NCBI RefSeq assembly: GCF_006345805.1
Contig: NC_043002.1
Span: 101,928,001 to 101,992,000, forward strand
Source of the DNA: Octopus sinensis
Lineage: Eukaryota
Length of the DNA: 64,000 nt
Direction of reading: 5' to 3'
Shown here: positions 27,451 to 40,676 of the stretch, piece after piece
Layout of the letters: every line of letters starts with the position of its first letter
Numbering within the stretch: the stretch's first letter is position 1
Translations under genes and position numbers: made by a program
The notes under the pieces: model-generated
What the model was told of the DNA's origin: nothing
Databases searched by the model: none
Seen by the model: only the letters and a program-made list of their open reading frames with translations

Positions 27451-29011
27451 ATGTATGTACAATTGTATGTATAAGCGGATGATAGTAAAATCTAATATAG
27501 TTTTATCATTTCGAAACTGACAAAATCACAACAGCAACAACAACTAATCTAACAAACGATAAACGAAAACAATGCCAGCATCTTCACTGCATCCACATTA
27601 GCTTGAAACGCTACAAACATGTATTTTTTTTCTTCTGGATATACATCTCTATTCAACAGATATTTTAATGTTAATCTTTCAAGAATTTTCTATATTCAAT
27701 AAGATTTGAGGAGCTGCAGTTTACCACCTGCGATAAAATATGTTCTCGCGTTTAAATCGTTTAAAAATATAATTTTTTTTTTTTAGCTTAACACCAGATC
27801 ACTCTGTACTAGTTCACCTAAGTGAAATGGTGTTCTAACCATGGCCATCCTGCTTTATTTTCGAAACCAAATTTATGTAGTTATTTTGGTTTTCTTCTAT
27901 CGTATATGCGCCTCATTTATTTTAAGCGGATGACAAAATTACATTTGAGAGAAATTTGTTCATTAGATCTACGCGATTGAATTACAAGGGGAAGACACCG
28001 ACATATTAATTTTGCGTGGTCATGTGACCTTAGACTTTATTTCAACATCAGCACGAGGTTTCGCTTCGTTTCGTTTCCTGATATTTCACTCACATCACTT
28101 GATGGAATCTGCTGTAATCTTGATTATCAACCCAGGAGAATTGAAAACCGGTGCCAGATTTAGGAAGATACAAAATTGGAACATAAAATCGTGGCAAACT
28201 ATTACGGAGTCAGATGAATCCGTGCGTTCAGTAATGCTAATCCTTTCCAATGTTAAAGAATTAACACAAACATTTTTTATCGTAATGTCATGTTTTTTTT
28301 TGTTTTTTATGGCTCTTTTCGGCCTTTACAACTTTTGCGCATCGGTTTTGAAATTTAGATAAATTTTACCACTCTTTAAATGTATGACTGCAGAATACCA
28401 AGTAGAAAAAAAACGAATCAATTTACCTGACAACTCAATTCTTAGTTCTAACCCAGTTATAACCAAACTGTGGCACGTGAGAGTTTCTGAATGTAGGTCT
28501 GCGATATATTACGTTGCATGTTTTAATAATGCAGTTCACCTGATGATGAGCCATGCCTCACGAGGCCCGCTTCTCGAAAATTCTTGCCCATGCCTATGGT
28601 AAGGCATGAAATTCATTGCCATTGCTGTTGCTTAGTTTCAAGTCAAGCTTAATCGAGAAGATCAAAGAGTTACTACAATGGTGACTAAGCGACTCCCGAG
28701 GAGCATCAATATCGACATTATAGGATGTGAATGTCCTACTGTAAGATGGTTGGGTATGGTTTGAGGAAGATAAGGTTGCTATTCCTAGCAGAGCCTTCAA
28801 CGTATTCACCACTTGGATGGCAATAGAATGTAACGTATTTATAACAAAATCCATGGATACCCTTATTTGTAATAATTAACTTATTTGGAAATGGGCGTAT
28901 CCTGAATTATTAGCTTTATCTCTATAGAGACTTTTCAGTGTTGGGTTTGTCACTAACACCTGCTCAATGCTTGATCCACACAAACACACACACACATAAC
29001 ACCAATATATA

Positions 29012-29061
<50 letters not shown>

Positions 29062-29398
29062 ATATACACTTATCCCATTGCAGAAATATGTATATGAGTA
29101 TATATATATGAATTTGTATATAGTTGTGGTGTATTAAATCTCATTATTCTTTATCTTCTATGCATTTTATTCGGTTAATTGAAAAGATACGCGCGCCATC
29201 TAATACAATATAGAGCATATTTACCTGTTAAGAATATTACTGCTTTGTTTAGAAAGTTAAGGATTTCTCTTGGGATTTCAACATTGAAAATGAATAAATA
29301 AATAAGTAAATAAATCGATTCCACCTAAGTGCATTTTAACTCTTGTTCTAGGAAGTGGAACAAAATTTATACGCTATCATTCTATCATCGATCTACCA

Positions 29399-29429
<31 letters not shown>

Positions 29430-29585
29430 TATATACATAGATATGTATAGAGACACAAACATATGCATATATATATACATATATATATATATGTGTGTGT
29501 GTGCGTGTGTGTATACATATATATATATGTATACACATATTATATATGTGTATACACATATATATATGTACATATATATATATAT

Positions 29586-29880
29586 GTATATCACGTGATC
29601 ACGTGACCGACCAGGCCATCAGATGTTTTACACATCGCTGGTTACAATGCGTTGGCACTGTTTTAGCCTTCAAATGACGCCACCCCTGGCTAAGCGAGCA
29701 GGCTAACAGAAGAAAGAGAGAAAGAGTGGTGAAAGAGTACAGCAGGGATCACCACACCCTGCCGGAGCCTCGTGGAGATTTTAGGTGTTTTTCGCTCAAT
29801 AAACACTCACAACGCCCGGTCTGGGAATCGAAACCGCGATCCTATGACCGCGAATCCGCTGCCCTAAGCACTGGGCCTCC
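29586..29880 (-). mobile_element. tRNA(Arg)-like SINE, same head as 59241-59610 but a different tail
   Basis: Reverse complement reads GTGGAGGCCCAGTGCTTAGGGCAGCGGATTCGCGGTC...GGTTTCGATTCCCAGACCGGGCG and ends GGTCACGTGATCACGTG. Confidence 0.8.
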
Positions 29881-29909
29881 ACATATATGTATATATACAT
29901 ATATATATA

Positions 29910-30074
29910 AGCGCAGGAATGGCTGTGTGGTAAGTAGCTTGTTTACCAACCACATGGTTCCGGGTTCAGTCTCACTGCGTGGCACCTTGAGCAAGTGTCT
30001 TCTGCTATAACCCCGGGCCGACCAATGCCTTGTGAGTGGATTTGGTAGACGGAAACTGAATGAAGCCTGTCGTA

Positions 30075-30125
<51 letters not shown>

Positions 30126-30328
30126 ATGTGTTTGTCCTCCTAGCATTGCTTGACAACCGATGCTGGTGTGTTTACGTCCCCGTCACTTAGCGGTTCGGCA
30201 AAAGAGACCGATAGAATAAGTACTGGGCTTACAAAGAATAAGTCCCGGGGTCGATTTGCTTTACTAAAGGCGGTGCTCCAGCATGGCCGCAGTCAAATGA
30301 CTGAAACAAGTAAAAGAGTAAAAGAGTA
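29910..30328 (+). mobile_element. Full-length CORE-like tRNA SINE
   Basis: A-box tggctgtgtgg, B-box ggttcagtctc, core accttgagcaagtgtctt, internal (TA)n(TG)n, and tail (gtaaaaga)n. Confidence 0.9.
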
Positions 30329-30342
30329 TATATATATATACA

Positions 30343-30386
<44 letters not shown>

Positions 30387-30483
30387 TATATACATATATA
30401 TATATACACATATATATATATACATATATATGTATATATATATATATACACACACATATATATACATATATATACATGCCCAC

Positions 30484-30548
<65 letters not shown>

Positions 30549-32014
30549 ATATATATATACATATATATGTATATATGCATATTTATGTATATACATAAGT
30601 ACATAGTTATTTTTCAGGTTACAGTCAAATCATCTGCGGCGATGCTGGAGCATTGTCTTAAAGGCTTTCAGTCAATTTTATCGATCTCAATGAATATATA
30701 TATGTGAGAAATTCAGTTAATCGATCTCTTGCAATCAAATTGCAAAGTTAAGTCTCCTTTGCGCAAAGAAACTTAAGAACAAACACAAACATACAAAACA
30801 GTCATACATATATACACATATGCAGCTATGCGCAAATACATGTATACATATATATGTGTGTGTGTGTGTGTGTGCGTGTGTGTGTACATACGCACACATA
30901 TGCACCTCATATTTGAGGCTTCGATGAAGTTATAAAGTGTTACTCAGGCATGTTACTATGAGTTCACTACAACGTATTGTAGAAACAGCTGTTGGCTTAT
31001 GAAGATCAGAAGATAATCGCTTACTCTTTTCTCATGTAGGTTTTAGTAAGGGATTATCAATCCGGGAAAATACTTCATAAGCTCTCTGTTTGCACAACAG
31101 AATAACAATATTATTTAAATTAGTGAAGAACTCAAGGTATTCTTATGATTGGGTGCCTGGTGGTGGTTCATCACGATTCTAATTTGTAAAATCTCTGGTT
31201 GTGCTTCAGACAAACTGGTTTTTACACAGAATGTAAGACAAGGTGTAAATAATGGTCATTGCACATTTTTCCTTTATTTGTCAAATTTGGCTTACACCTG
31301 TTTCCAATAGTATGTGCTTTGATGGCAGTGTGTCTTTTCCATGGAGGAGAGTGGAGAAGGGTGGTTTATTCTCATGACTTCATTTTGGTCGTGATGAAGT
31401 AAATAAGAGTAGGATAAATCGCATAAATTTCGAGGTTCTCGAAAATCCAGGCATGGCTAACACTTTCAAAATCTCTTTTGTTATCGACCCATGCTATGAA
31501 GAAATTCTTTCTGTTACTCTTGAATTCTTCCAAGATGGCTTTCGTGATAAGAATTTCGAGAAAAGCACATTATGGTGTTCAGAATTGAAAAAAAAAATCA
31601 AGCGGCGGTCAGTATGGCTATAGTTACTCCCCTTTACACGTAGTTCAAATATCCTCGTATTTGTTATTGACTTTCATCCTTATAAGTTCAATAAAATAGT
31701 GTATGAGAAGTAATGGCGTTCATGTACTTCCATCCAGTCACTGCACTATACATTACATCACAAGTTTTTGACTTTCTATAGTCAATATCATCATAATGGT
31801 AGACAAAGTAGAGAACTCGAAAACAGACTTGTTTGTGTTTCCTCTTAAGCATTCAATATTCTTTATGTTTATCAGCGTCTATGAAATATACATTGTTCTA
31901 TACAATCTATATTCATCTATAAGTCTCTTTTCCTTCACACATTGTTTATTAATCCACTGAATGCTTCCCATCTACATTTATTCAAACAGAATCCACTTCA
32001 TTTCCTTTTATGTA

Positions 32015-32414
32015 TACTCTCTTTTACTCTTTACTCTTGCTGGAGCACCGCCTTTAGTCGAGCAAATCGACCGCAGGACTTATTCTTTGTAAGCCTAGTA
32101 CTTATTCTATCGGTCTCTTTTGCCGAACTGCTAAGTTACGGGGACGTAAACACACCAGCAGCGGGTGTCAAGCGATGTTGGGGGAGGGGGACAAACACAG
32201 ACACACAAACACACCACACACACCACACACACCTATATATACATATAGACGACAGGCCTCTTTCAGTTTCCGTCTACCAAATCCACTCACAAGGCTTTGG
32301 TCGGCCCGAGGCTATAGCAGAAAAACACTTGCCCAAGGTGCCACGTAGTGGGACTGAACCCGGAACCATGTGGTTGGTAAGCAAGCTACTTACCACACAG
32401 CCACTCCTGCGCCT
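32015..32414 (-). mobile_element. Full-length CORE-like tRNA SINE
   Basis: Same family as 29910-30328, reverse strand. Confidence 0.9.
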
Positions 32415-33689
32415 ACCTAATCATTCTTTTCGTTGATTTTCAATTTAAAGTATTAACAATGAAATCTCTTGCTGCAATGGCTTATCACTTAATGACTATC
32501 ATTTTATTATAAGAATTTGTTACGCCTGTATTTATAAGTTTAATCATACTCTAATTTTATTAACTTTTGTGTATTTTATTCTGCAAAGTTGAAACATCCT
32601 TTTGCCAAATTCTTGCTCTTATTCCAATGCTCTACTAGCAATACTTTACAAACCTATAGAACCTGTGCCTCCAAAAGACTTGCATGTAACTTAAAGTATT
32701 TATCAATACTTTAGTGAAGCGCTACAGATTTGTAATAACAAATACGATGGTTTTTTTTTTATAGACTAAAGTAATAAGTTTTCCAAACATAAAGGACCAC
32801 CATTAAGTAACTGTACTCAGTCGTCACACGTCTGAAAAGAAGTGCGATTTATCGAAATTTCAAAAGCGATGACGAGATTTTGTAGAGGAAGAAAAGACCG
32901 AAAGCAAAACCCCACAAAACACCAGGAAAAATATTTTTCATATTCATTAAAATAAGAAAAAAAAAACACTGTAACGGAATAATATAGATCATTTATACGA
33001 TAAAAAAAAGAAGAAAGAATTTAGCTCACAACGTAATATACTACACAATTTTATTTCATTCTAGCTATAACATTTAAAGTTACTATGCCCCGGTCTTCGT
33101 AGATCTTTTCCACACAACAAAGATTTAAGAATTGATTGCAACAGATCTGCCATGAGTTTATTACTTTGAATGCCGTTTCTTCAAGATTCATAAGACTCAG
33201 GTGCATTTACAGTTTAATTGAGATATTTTGCTTCGGTTTTATGGTACGCGATGTATGTATATTGCGTTTTAAATTGTTATAAAAACACTCCTTTATATTG
33301 ACTATCCAAATGTGTTTCACTTGCGATCCTATGCGCATTATATACTAATATCTGGTAGGGAAATATTATGGGCGTTTTACCACCCTATATCTAGAATTAG
33401 GTTTTTACCACATCATACACGCACATACACACAGGCACAGGCACACACAGGCACACACACACACACTCGTATACACACACATATGTGCATACATACACAC
33501 ATATATATACATAACTACCTACCACTGCATATGTATCTGTGTGCGTATATATATTGTTATGTTGTAATAAAAACAGTCCTTTATAGTGACTATGCAAAAG
33601 TATTTCACCTGCGATCCGATGCGCATTATATACTAATGATGGAAACGAGGAGGGAGTAGATAGATAGCCGAGAACTAAGGAAAGGGCTG

Positions 33690-33796
33690 TTCTTTATATT
33701 ACTTGTCTTGTTTTCCATTTGTTTCTCTCGTTGTTTGCGTATTTAACACATTTGCTTTCGTATTTCCTGTTGTTTACTGTTGGTGACGTCCTGTAC

Positions 33797-33838
<42 letters not shown>

Positions 33839-34010
33839 GTAGTTGGGTATGTGTGTAGGTTGAACCGTAAATCCCTACGCACTTTCTCCGTTTTATTCTA
33901 AATCCTTTCTATCAAAGAACGTATGCTCGAAACGTCAAAGACTTTTCCGTTGGTTCCTGGGCGTCAAACTAAGATACCTGCTTTTTCTTCACCTGTATTC
34001 GTCTTCCTTT
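33690..34010 (+). mobile_element. PLE terminal-repeat-like segment with decayed hammerhead (33904-33941)
   Basis: ccttt-ctatcaa-a-gaac(gtat)gctc-gaaac-gtc-aaaga followed by ttcctgggcgtc is homologous to 52757-52830 and 55077-55145. Confidence 0.5.
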
Positions 34011-34086
34011 TCTGAACTATACACCACACTTACACACACAAACACACACACACAACACACACACACACACACACACACCACACACA

Positions 34087-34150
<64 letters not shown>

Positions 34151-34207
34151 TTATGAAAATAATAATGCAATACGAAAGTATTGCTTTCCAGTCCGTATGG
34201 GTAAAAT

Positions 34208-34607
34208 TATACATATAAAATTAAATAAATGGTACAACGAGGTACCAATATTTACTGGAAAATAGCAATCGGAATTACTGTTAACGTTTTGGTGTTCAGA
34301 CGAGTGTATTGGCATAGATGTGGCAACATATGGAATTTTGTCCAGGTATATGCAGCTGATGAAGACAAATCAAATCTACGTTGTCAAACGTATTTGAAGA
34401 GTCTGAAACCGGTACTGCATTATCCGTTTCTAGGTTTTCCATTTTTCAGATGTTGTTCCTAGAGGTAAGACAATTTTTTTGTCATGTTTGTTGCACACAC
34501 GCGTCTTTGCTAGTATATACGCAGTGAAGCTATACTATAGCGTCGTATTTATTACGATTGCTATTTTCCAGTAAATATCGGTGCCTCGTTGTACCATTTA
34601 TTTACTT

Positions 34608-34618
<11 letters not shown>
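34208..34618 (+). mobile_element. Short non-autonomous element with 64-bp inverted ends enclosing a hammerhead
   Basis: 34208-34271 and 34555-34618 are inverted (3 mismatches seen). The hammerhead is at 34350-34420. Confidence 0.7.
34350..34420 (+). ncRNA. Type I hammerhead ribozyme, intact core
   Basis: AUGCAG-CUGAUGA-AGAC...GUCU-GAAAC-CG-GUA^CUGCAU. Stem I 6 bp. Stem II is extended by UCAAA/UUUGA and UACGUU/AACGUA. Stem III is the palindrome ACCGGU. Predicted cleavage is after 34414. Confidence 0.85.
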
Positions 34619-34654
<36 letters not shown>

Positions 34655-34744
34655 GCGTACTGTTCCGTGATGGTGCGGTAAACGAAAAATATTCCATCTT
34701 GTGGGAGATAAATTTTACTTAATAAACGCAATATATGTTTTTAA

Positions 34745-35190
34745 CTGCTACAATTAGTTTCATGCGATTAAATCATGATAAAGTTTTTAACATGTCTGCT
34801 AAGCACAATCTTCAGGTACTGTCCACATGTCATATCAGCTAAAAATAGGAGATAAGATGCCATTCTGAGCATGGCTTTTCGTCAGATAAAGAAAACATTT
34901 AGAATAGAGGAACAGGAAGGAGGAGCTGATAGTTCTGAGAAAAACACGCATGTTGTTACTTGGCCAAAAATAGGACCATACGATGAAACAAAAAGCATTT
35001 CCCGGTTTGACATCTTACCACATTTCATATCTACTACTTTTTCAACTTTTCTCGCTTTTTTTCCTATCTTTTAGCCTTGGTGGTAGCTTGTTATGCCGTG
35101 TGACCAGTGCTAGAAGATTGCGATGAGACACCAGACATGTTAAAATATACTGGCTGGCATGCTTTCATCGTATGAAACTAATAGTAGCAC
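34745..35190. mobile_element. MITE with about 100-bp imperfect terminal inverted repeats
   Basis: tgctacaattagtttcatgcgat...ttttaacatgtctg is mirrored by cagacatgttaaaa...atcgtatgaaactaatagtagca. Confidence 0.65.
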
Positions 35191-35379
35191 ATAAAACATA
35201 TACAGTTTATATATATATATATATATATATATTATAAGAAAAATAGAAGTTGAAAATTCACGGAGGATAGTTAAAATATTTTATATTAAAATATTTGTCG
35301 TGGCTTATCTCGCAGTTCTCACTTCTGACTGGTTTCTGAAGTTTGCTATATTTTTATAGGGAGTTCATGGCACATATTA

Positions 35380-35705
35380 CTATGTTTTGAATAGGATTTG
35401 ATTGGTGGAGGATAATCACATGACTGGTCTTACACATTTTTGTATGTTCGTTTTCCACAATCCTCTTCAAACAGCGAAGCTTCCTTTCCGAAGACCCAGG
35501 TCGGCCGAGACGAGAATCTGTTGATTCTTTTCTTTGGATTTTGAATTGCACCATAACTCTATTAACAGTAGCAAGAGGAATTTGAAGATTTTCGGCAATT
35601 TTTCGCTGGCTATGCCCAGCCTCAGATTGTCTATCAATACGACCTCTTTGAAAATATGAGTGTTCTGCTGAATTTTTTGTGCGTGGCATTGTCACTATTC
35701 GCAAA
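35380..35705 (-). mobile_element. Tc1/mariner transposase N-terminal HTH remnant
   Basis: [13 protein letters not shown]...[24 protein letters not shown]...GRP matches the paired-like HTH and GRP linker of Tc1 transposases. No DDE domain is present. Confidence 0.75.
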
Positions 35706-36359
35706 TATTTAATATAATGGCACCTGGAATAATAAGGAATAATTACATTATAAATTCTCCACCACTGAAAACACTTAAATCAGAAATTTTGAAAATTAAA
35801 TGTGTCTATTTACTTCCTACATGTCTGTGTATGAATAAAAGCATGTGTGTATGTAAAAGAATGGATATATATGTGTGTGTGTGTGTGTGTGTGTTTGAGT
35901 GTGTGTGTGTATATATGCATACACACACATGCGCACATATACAATTACATGTGTATGTAATGCTGACAGCTTCTATTTGTGTTTTATAGTTTATGTTGTT
36001 TAATTCTTCAATGCGTCGAATTTGTATTTTGCTTTTGCAACAGAATCATCATGGAGTGGTACTCAGAGAATTCTGCTACTATTTATTCAGAGGCACTGAA
36101 AATTTGGTTCTACGTACTTACGCAGTTTTCGTGTTCCTGGTCGTAATACAGAGGAATTTTTTTTTATTTCTTCGTGTGTGACATTGAGAAAGAAATAGTG
36201 ATGGTCTAACAAGTTTCAATTATCTGATAATCTTATGGATTATCTGATAATATTTGGGGAAGAGGTTTCACAAAATGTGTTTAGGCTTTGCCTTTATAGA
36301 TGTGCAACCGCTTTCAGTTCTTAAAGTTTTTAATCACGTGTTATTACATATAGTTAAAG

Positions 36360-36930
36360 TTGTTTTCAGTAAAATTGTTTTCGGTTTATTTTCGGACCCA
36401 GAAATCTTATGAAATATTCTTCTTTTGGTTCCCGGAGAAGGTCGTTCTCTTCATTTATATTATGAAGAGGGAACATTGTAAATTTTCCTTGTGCACATGT
36501 GTCCAAATGATCGCTATATGGTATGTATCTAAGTGCGGGATATTTTATTTGATGTCTGTGCACATTTACACGGTTGGTTAGTTTCGTTTTTGTTCCCCCA
36601 ATATGATGTTCGTTGCATCGTGGGCATGTGATACAATATATCAAGTTTTTGCTTTTGCATTCACCTTTAATTCATTTCCATTCTTGAATTTTTTGGCTCG
36701 TGCCTGTTCTATTAAATCACATGTCCCACACCGGGGGTCTTCACATTTTGTAAATTTCATCGTTTCTTCCTCTGATGCAAATCTTGCTTTGGTTAGAAAT
36801 TTCCTAAGATTTGGTGGTTGCCTTGGGCTGTTTGAATATTTCTTGTTCCTTGATTATTTGTCGGAAACATGGGGACTGGTGTAGAATTGGTAGAAGGCGT
36901 TTGGCTGTTTGTAGCATGTTGTGGTTCTTG
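36360..36930 (-). mobile_element. Penelope-like element C-terminus (Zn-finger plus GIY-YIG endonuclease), decayed
   Basis: RPRCGTCDLIEQAR, then IYCITCPRCNEHHIGGTKTKLTNRVNVH and REPKEEYFIRFLGPKIN. Confidence 0.85.
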
Positions 36931-36967
36931 GGATATTTTTATGTTCATTTTCCTATTTATCCTCACT

Positions 36968-37027
36968 GTGAGTGTTTTATCTTCTTAGCATATATATATA
37001 TATATGCTAAGAAGATAAAACACTCAC
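36968..37027. repeat. Perfect 60-bp palindrome at the PLE / inverted-repeat junction
   Basis: gtgagtgttttatcttcttagc-(at)8-gctaagaagataaaacactcac. Confidence 0.92.
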
Positions 37028-37155
37028 ATACACACACTAAATAAACATAAACGCACATAGAGATATAAGCATGCGCAAATGAAGACATACAATAGAAATA
37101 CAAAATGGCTGACGGTTAGTAAGGAGAGACACAAATAAGAAAGAAGAAAACAAAG

Positions 37156-37197
37156 GACCACTGATGCGGTCACAGGAGTGTGACGAAAGAACTCTGG
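37156..37197 (+). ncRNA. Decayed hammerhead-like motif in a PLE terminal repeat
   Basis: CCA-CUGAUGC-G-GUCAC(aggagu)GUGAC-GAAA-gaac-UC^UGG. The core has A9->C. The flank at 37250-37310 is also present inverted at about 25743-25815. Confidence 0.5.
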
Positions 37198-37372
37198 CCG
37201 AAATAAGATTAAGATTAATGTAAAAAATAAATAACACTGAAGCAAAATAACACCAAATATATAGTGCGTGTGTTTTTATTGGCTAAACTGGCAAAATGAC
37301 CATTCCGAAATATAACAATATCTGTTTCAACACACGACTTCACATAAACAATCTTGCACAACAAATATTTAA

Positions 37373-37408
<36 letters not shown>

Positions 37409-37944
37409 TCTGGGTGACAGAGAAAAAGTTATATAAATTCTATCGCAAGATGTACGGAAACTTAGAGAAAGAGGGGAAGAGAAGAGAGTAATGGAGCCAC
37501 TCATATTTTTGATTTTTCAATGCTAAATTTCTCTTCCGCAATATCTTGATAACCAACATTCTTTAAACCAGTCAGCGAGAAGTATCTCTATTAAAACGCC
37601 TCCGACATTTTTGAAAATGTGCTCCGGAGGAATGCAGTGTCGGCCTGATATTAATTTTAAACTCTATGCCTTTATAGAAATTCCAAATCGATGTGTGACT
37701 AACATGACTACCGAATAAAAAAAAATAGTCACAACATATACATACACACATACATATGTAAATATACATGTGTGTGTGTATGCGGGAGCGAGTGTATGTG
37801 TATATATACGTACGGATGCCTATATATGTATACATTATGTAGTTATATGTACACACACACACACACACATACATACATATATATATATATACATGTGCGT
37901 GTCTTTGTGTCTCTGTATCTGTGTGTGTATGTATATATTTTTAA

Positions 37945-37978
<34 letters not shown>

Positions 37979-38166
37979 GAATATTGTATATATTTATGTC
38001 TATATATGTATATATAGGTATATATATATATATATGTATGTATAAGTGTATATATAGGCATGTATAGGTATATATATATGTATATATATGTATATATATA
38101 TATATACATGTAAGTATATATTTATGTATATACATATGTATATATATGTATATATATATGTATGTT

Positions 38167-38204
<38 letters not shown>

Positions 38205-40409
38205 CATATGTGTGTGTGTGTGTGTATACTTTGTAACAAAAGCTAACTTAGCTAACTTTTATTATCAAACAACCAAATCTGTTCATCAAAGAAGCTAAAA
38301 ATGTCTTATTCGTTTATTATTTATTTGTTACGTTTTTTCATTTTTTTTGTGCTTCTAATTTCGTTTCTTATTTTATTTCATGCTATTTTTTTGTTTAATT
38401 TTTGTCATTTATTCATGTAATATTTTTTTTTTTTTGTATTTTTCTGTTTATTTTTATATTTTAATAACACGTATCGATCGCATTTTCATCGATCGTTGAT
38501 TTTGGCAACAACCATTTCTCTGCAAAAAAAAAAAAAAAGTAACAAAGATAAAATGACAAAAAAAAAAGAAACGTACATAAATAAAAATAAAACGGCAAAA
38601 CAAACATAAATAAATAAAGATAAGCTCTTCTTTTATAGCGGCTCAAAAGTAATAATAACCATTTAGAGGTGGCAGCTGTGAAATTAAATTTACTTAAGCA
38701 AAACCCTTGCTCTTAGACACAGAGCAAATAACTTTTTATTTGTGTCTTCAGAGCAAGTGTAGCGATCAGATTTTGCCAGTGTTGGAAGCGTTCACATATT
38801 AAACACCGTCATGCTTCTTTCCACTCGCCATTACTGTGTCATCCTATAATTTGACACATCAGCGTTCAGGCTTTTGTTATTCATAAACATTTATTAAAAA
38901 TGGCCTCTTTGTGTTCACCATTGCATTAGTGACATTTCGTTCCTGTCATTATTCGCTGTTTTCAAAATTTTTCCTTAATTTATTATTCTATCATTATCAT
39001 CATCATCATCATCATCATCATGATCGTCGTCATTAATATTATTATTGTTATTAATGATGATCTTTTATTTATCGATACCGTTGTTTATATTATAATCATA
39101 ACCATGATCGTAATCATCATCATCATCATTACCACCACCACCATTTGCACCATCACCACTGCTACGGCAATCACCATCGTCAATATTTCATTGCTATAAT
39201 CGTGATCATCAACATCCTCTTTATTCCATCAACACCATCAGTCATTAAATTTTGCAGTTATCATCATCATCGTCATCCTTGTAATCCCCCTCCATCTACT
39301 TTTCCTTCTCTTAGTGTTAACCATCATTATCAACCTTAACAGTGTAATTATTATCATTACAGCCATAGTCATCATTTACACATTCATTAATATAGATATG
39401 TTAATTCATTTAATATGAAGGAATGAATGTTACAACACCGTAGGTCTTATTATTTGGATGACCATTAGCAAGAGCCAGTTTTGTCCCCACTGCAATGTTT
39501 TCATGTGGGAGGTCGCACACTTTTCTAGTATTCTTAAAACCTCATGGTAAATAATTAACTTATATATCTGCAATAAAATGAGTTGCTTTTAGTGATGTAC
39601 AAACTCAGACTTGCTCTTATAAATGAACCTTATGTAAATTAAAGAGGCACGATAAACCGCCGACAAACAATGACCATGAAACCAAATTAGGAGTTATTTA
39701 CTGTATATCTTGTGTTTTAAGCACGGAAGAAACTTCTTGATGAGTTTTGTCACATATTATCAGAGAAACGATACTTATAACTTCGAATATTCTTAACTCA
39801 CCTTAGGTATTTGATGGCCTTCTTAGAAAAGATCTGAGGAAATTTTGCCAGAATTTAATTGTGATGTAAATAAGTATGTGCATTTAGCACACTCAGCTTT
39901 CTAAGGATTTTTTGGGGCATAAAATTATGAATCTCTTAAGAAATTATTTCAATATTTTAGAAACCTTAGACAAACATCTAATAGATGATGTTTGAAATCC
40001 CGCTCGTCGACACTCAACGTTTTCTCTTACTTCATTCAGATTGCAAATAACAAAGAACTTGAACCTAGTTCAGCCCAAACCTGCTGAAGTTCCCATCAAG
40101 CACTTCCATTAAAGAAGGGCGACATAAAATTCTAGCAAGAGATCATCACTAGGGACTATGCCCGGTCTCGATATCATCAGTTATTTATCACCTGTCATGT
40201 TTGTTATGGAAACAAAACGGATTGCTTTTCAATTCTCTTCTATATCTATGTCATAATTGTTAGAAAACTCAGAAAATTATTTAAATAATCGCTTTAAATG
40301 TTTCAGAGAACACATAAGCATAGGTTTGCCTCAGATATGTATTAAAACATGTTCTAAGCAGCCGCATCTTTTAAATGGGTTTGTATTTGTATTTCTATAT
40401 GCATATATG

Positions 40410-40457
<48 letters not shown>

Positions 40458-40638
40458 TGTATGTATGTATGTATGTATGTATGTATGTATGTATGCATGC
40501 ATGCATGCATGGATGAATGGATGTATACATATATTTTTACATAGAAATGTATATATACAAATATATATATATTTATATACATATATATACATACATATAT
40601 ATATACACATATATACACATATACATATATGTATACAT

Positions 40639-40676
<38 letters not shown>

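Noticed and set aside
28535-28590. CTGATGA-T-GAG...CTC-GAAA hammerhead-like string
   Set aside because: Stem I cannot be formed; at best a decayed relic.
28600-28860. Possible Gypsy pol linker (DGWVWFEEDKVAIP)
   Set aside because: A single short resemblance among stops; not supportable without a profile search.
29910-29990. tRNA genes at SINE heads (also 59241-59310)
   Set aside because: A and B boxes are present, but there is no acceptor stem and the sequence runs on into SINE bodies.
31150-31400. Possible PLE Zn-finger/endonuclease relic
   Set aside because: Only scattered cysteines, with no clear GIY-YIG motif.
33288-33641. Direct repeat of about 65 bp at 33288 and 33573
   Set aside because: Real but diverged, with no TSD or internal coding; most likely a simple local duplication rather than an LTR pair.
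34746-34822. Minus-strand CUGAAGA...GAAAC inside the MITE arm
   Set aside because: It needs two extra core bases and has no stem I, so it is treated as chance.
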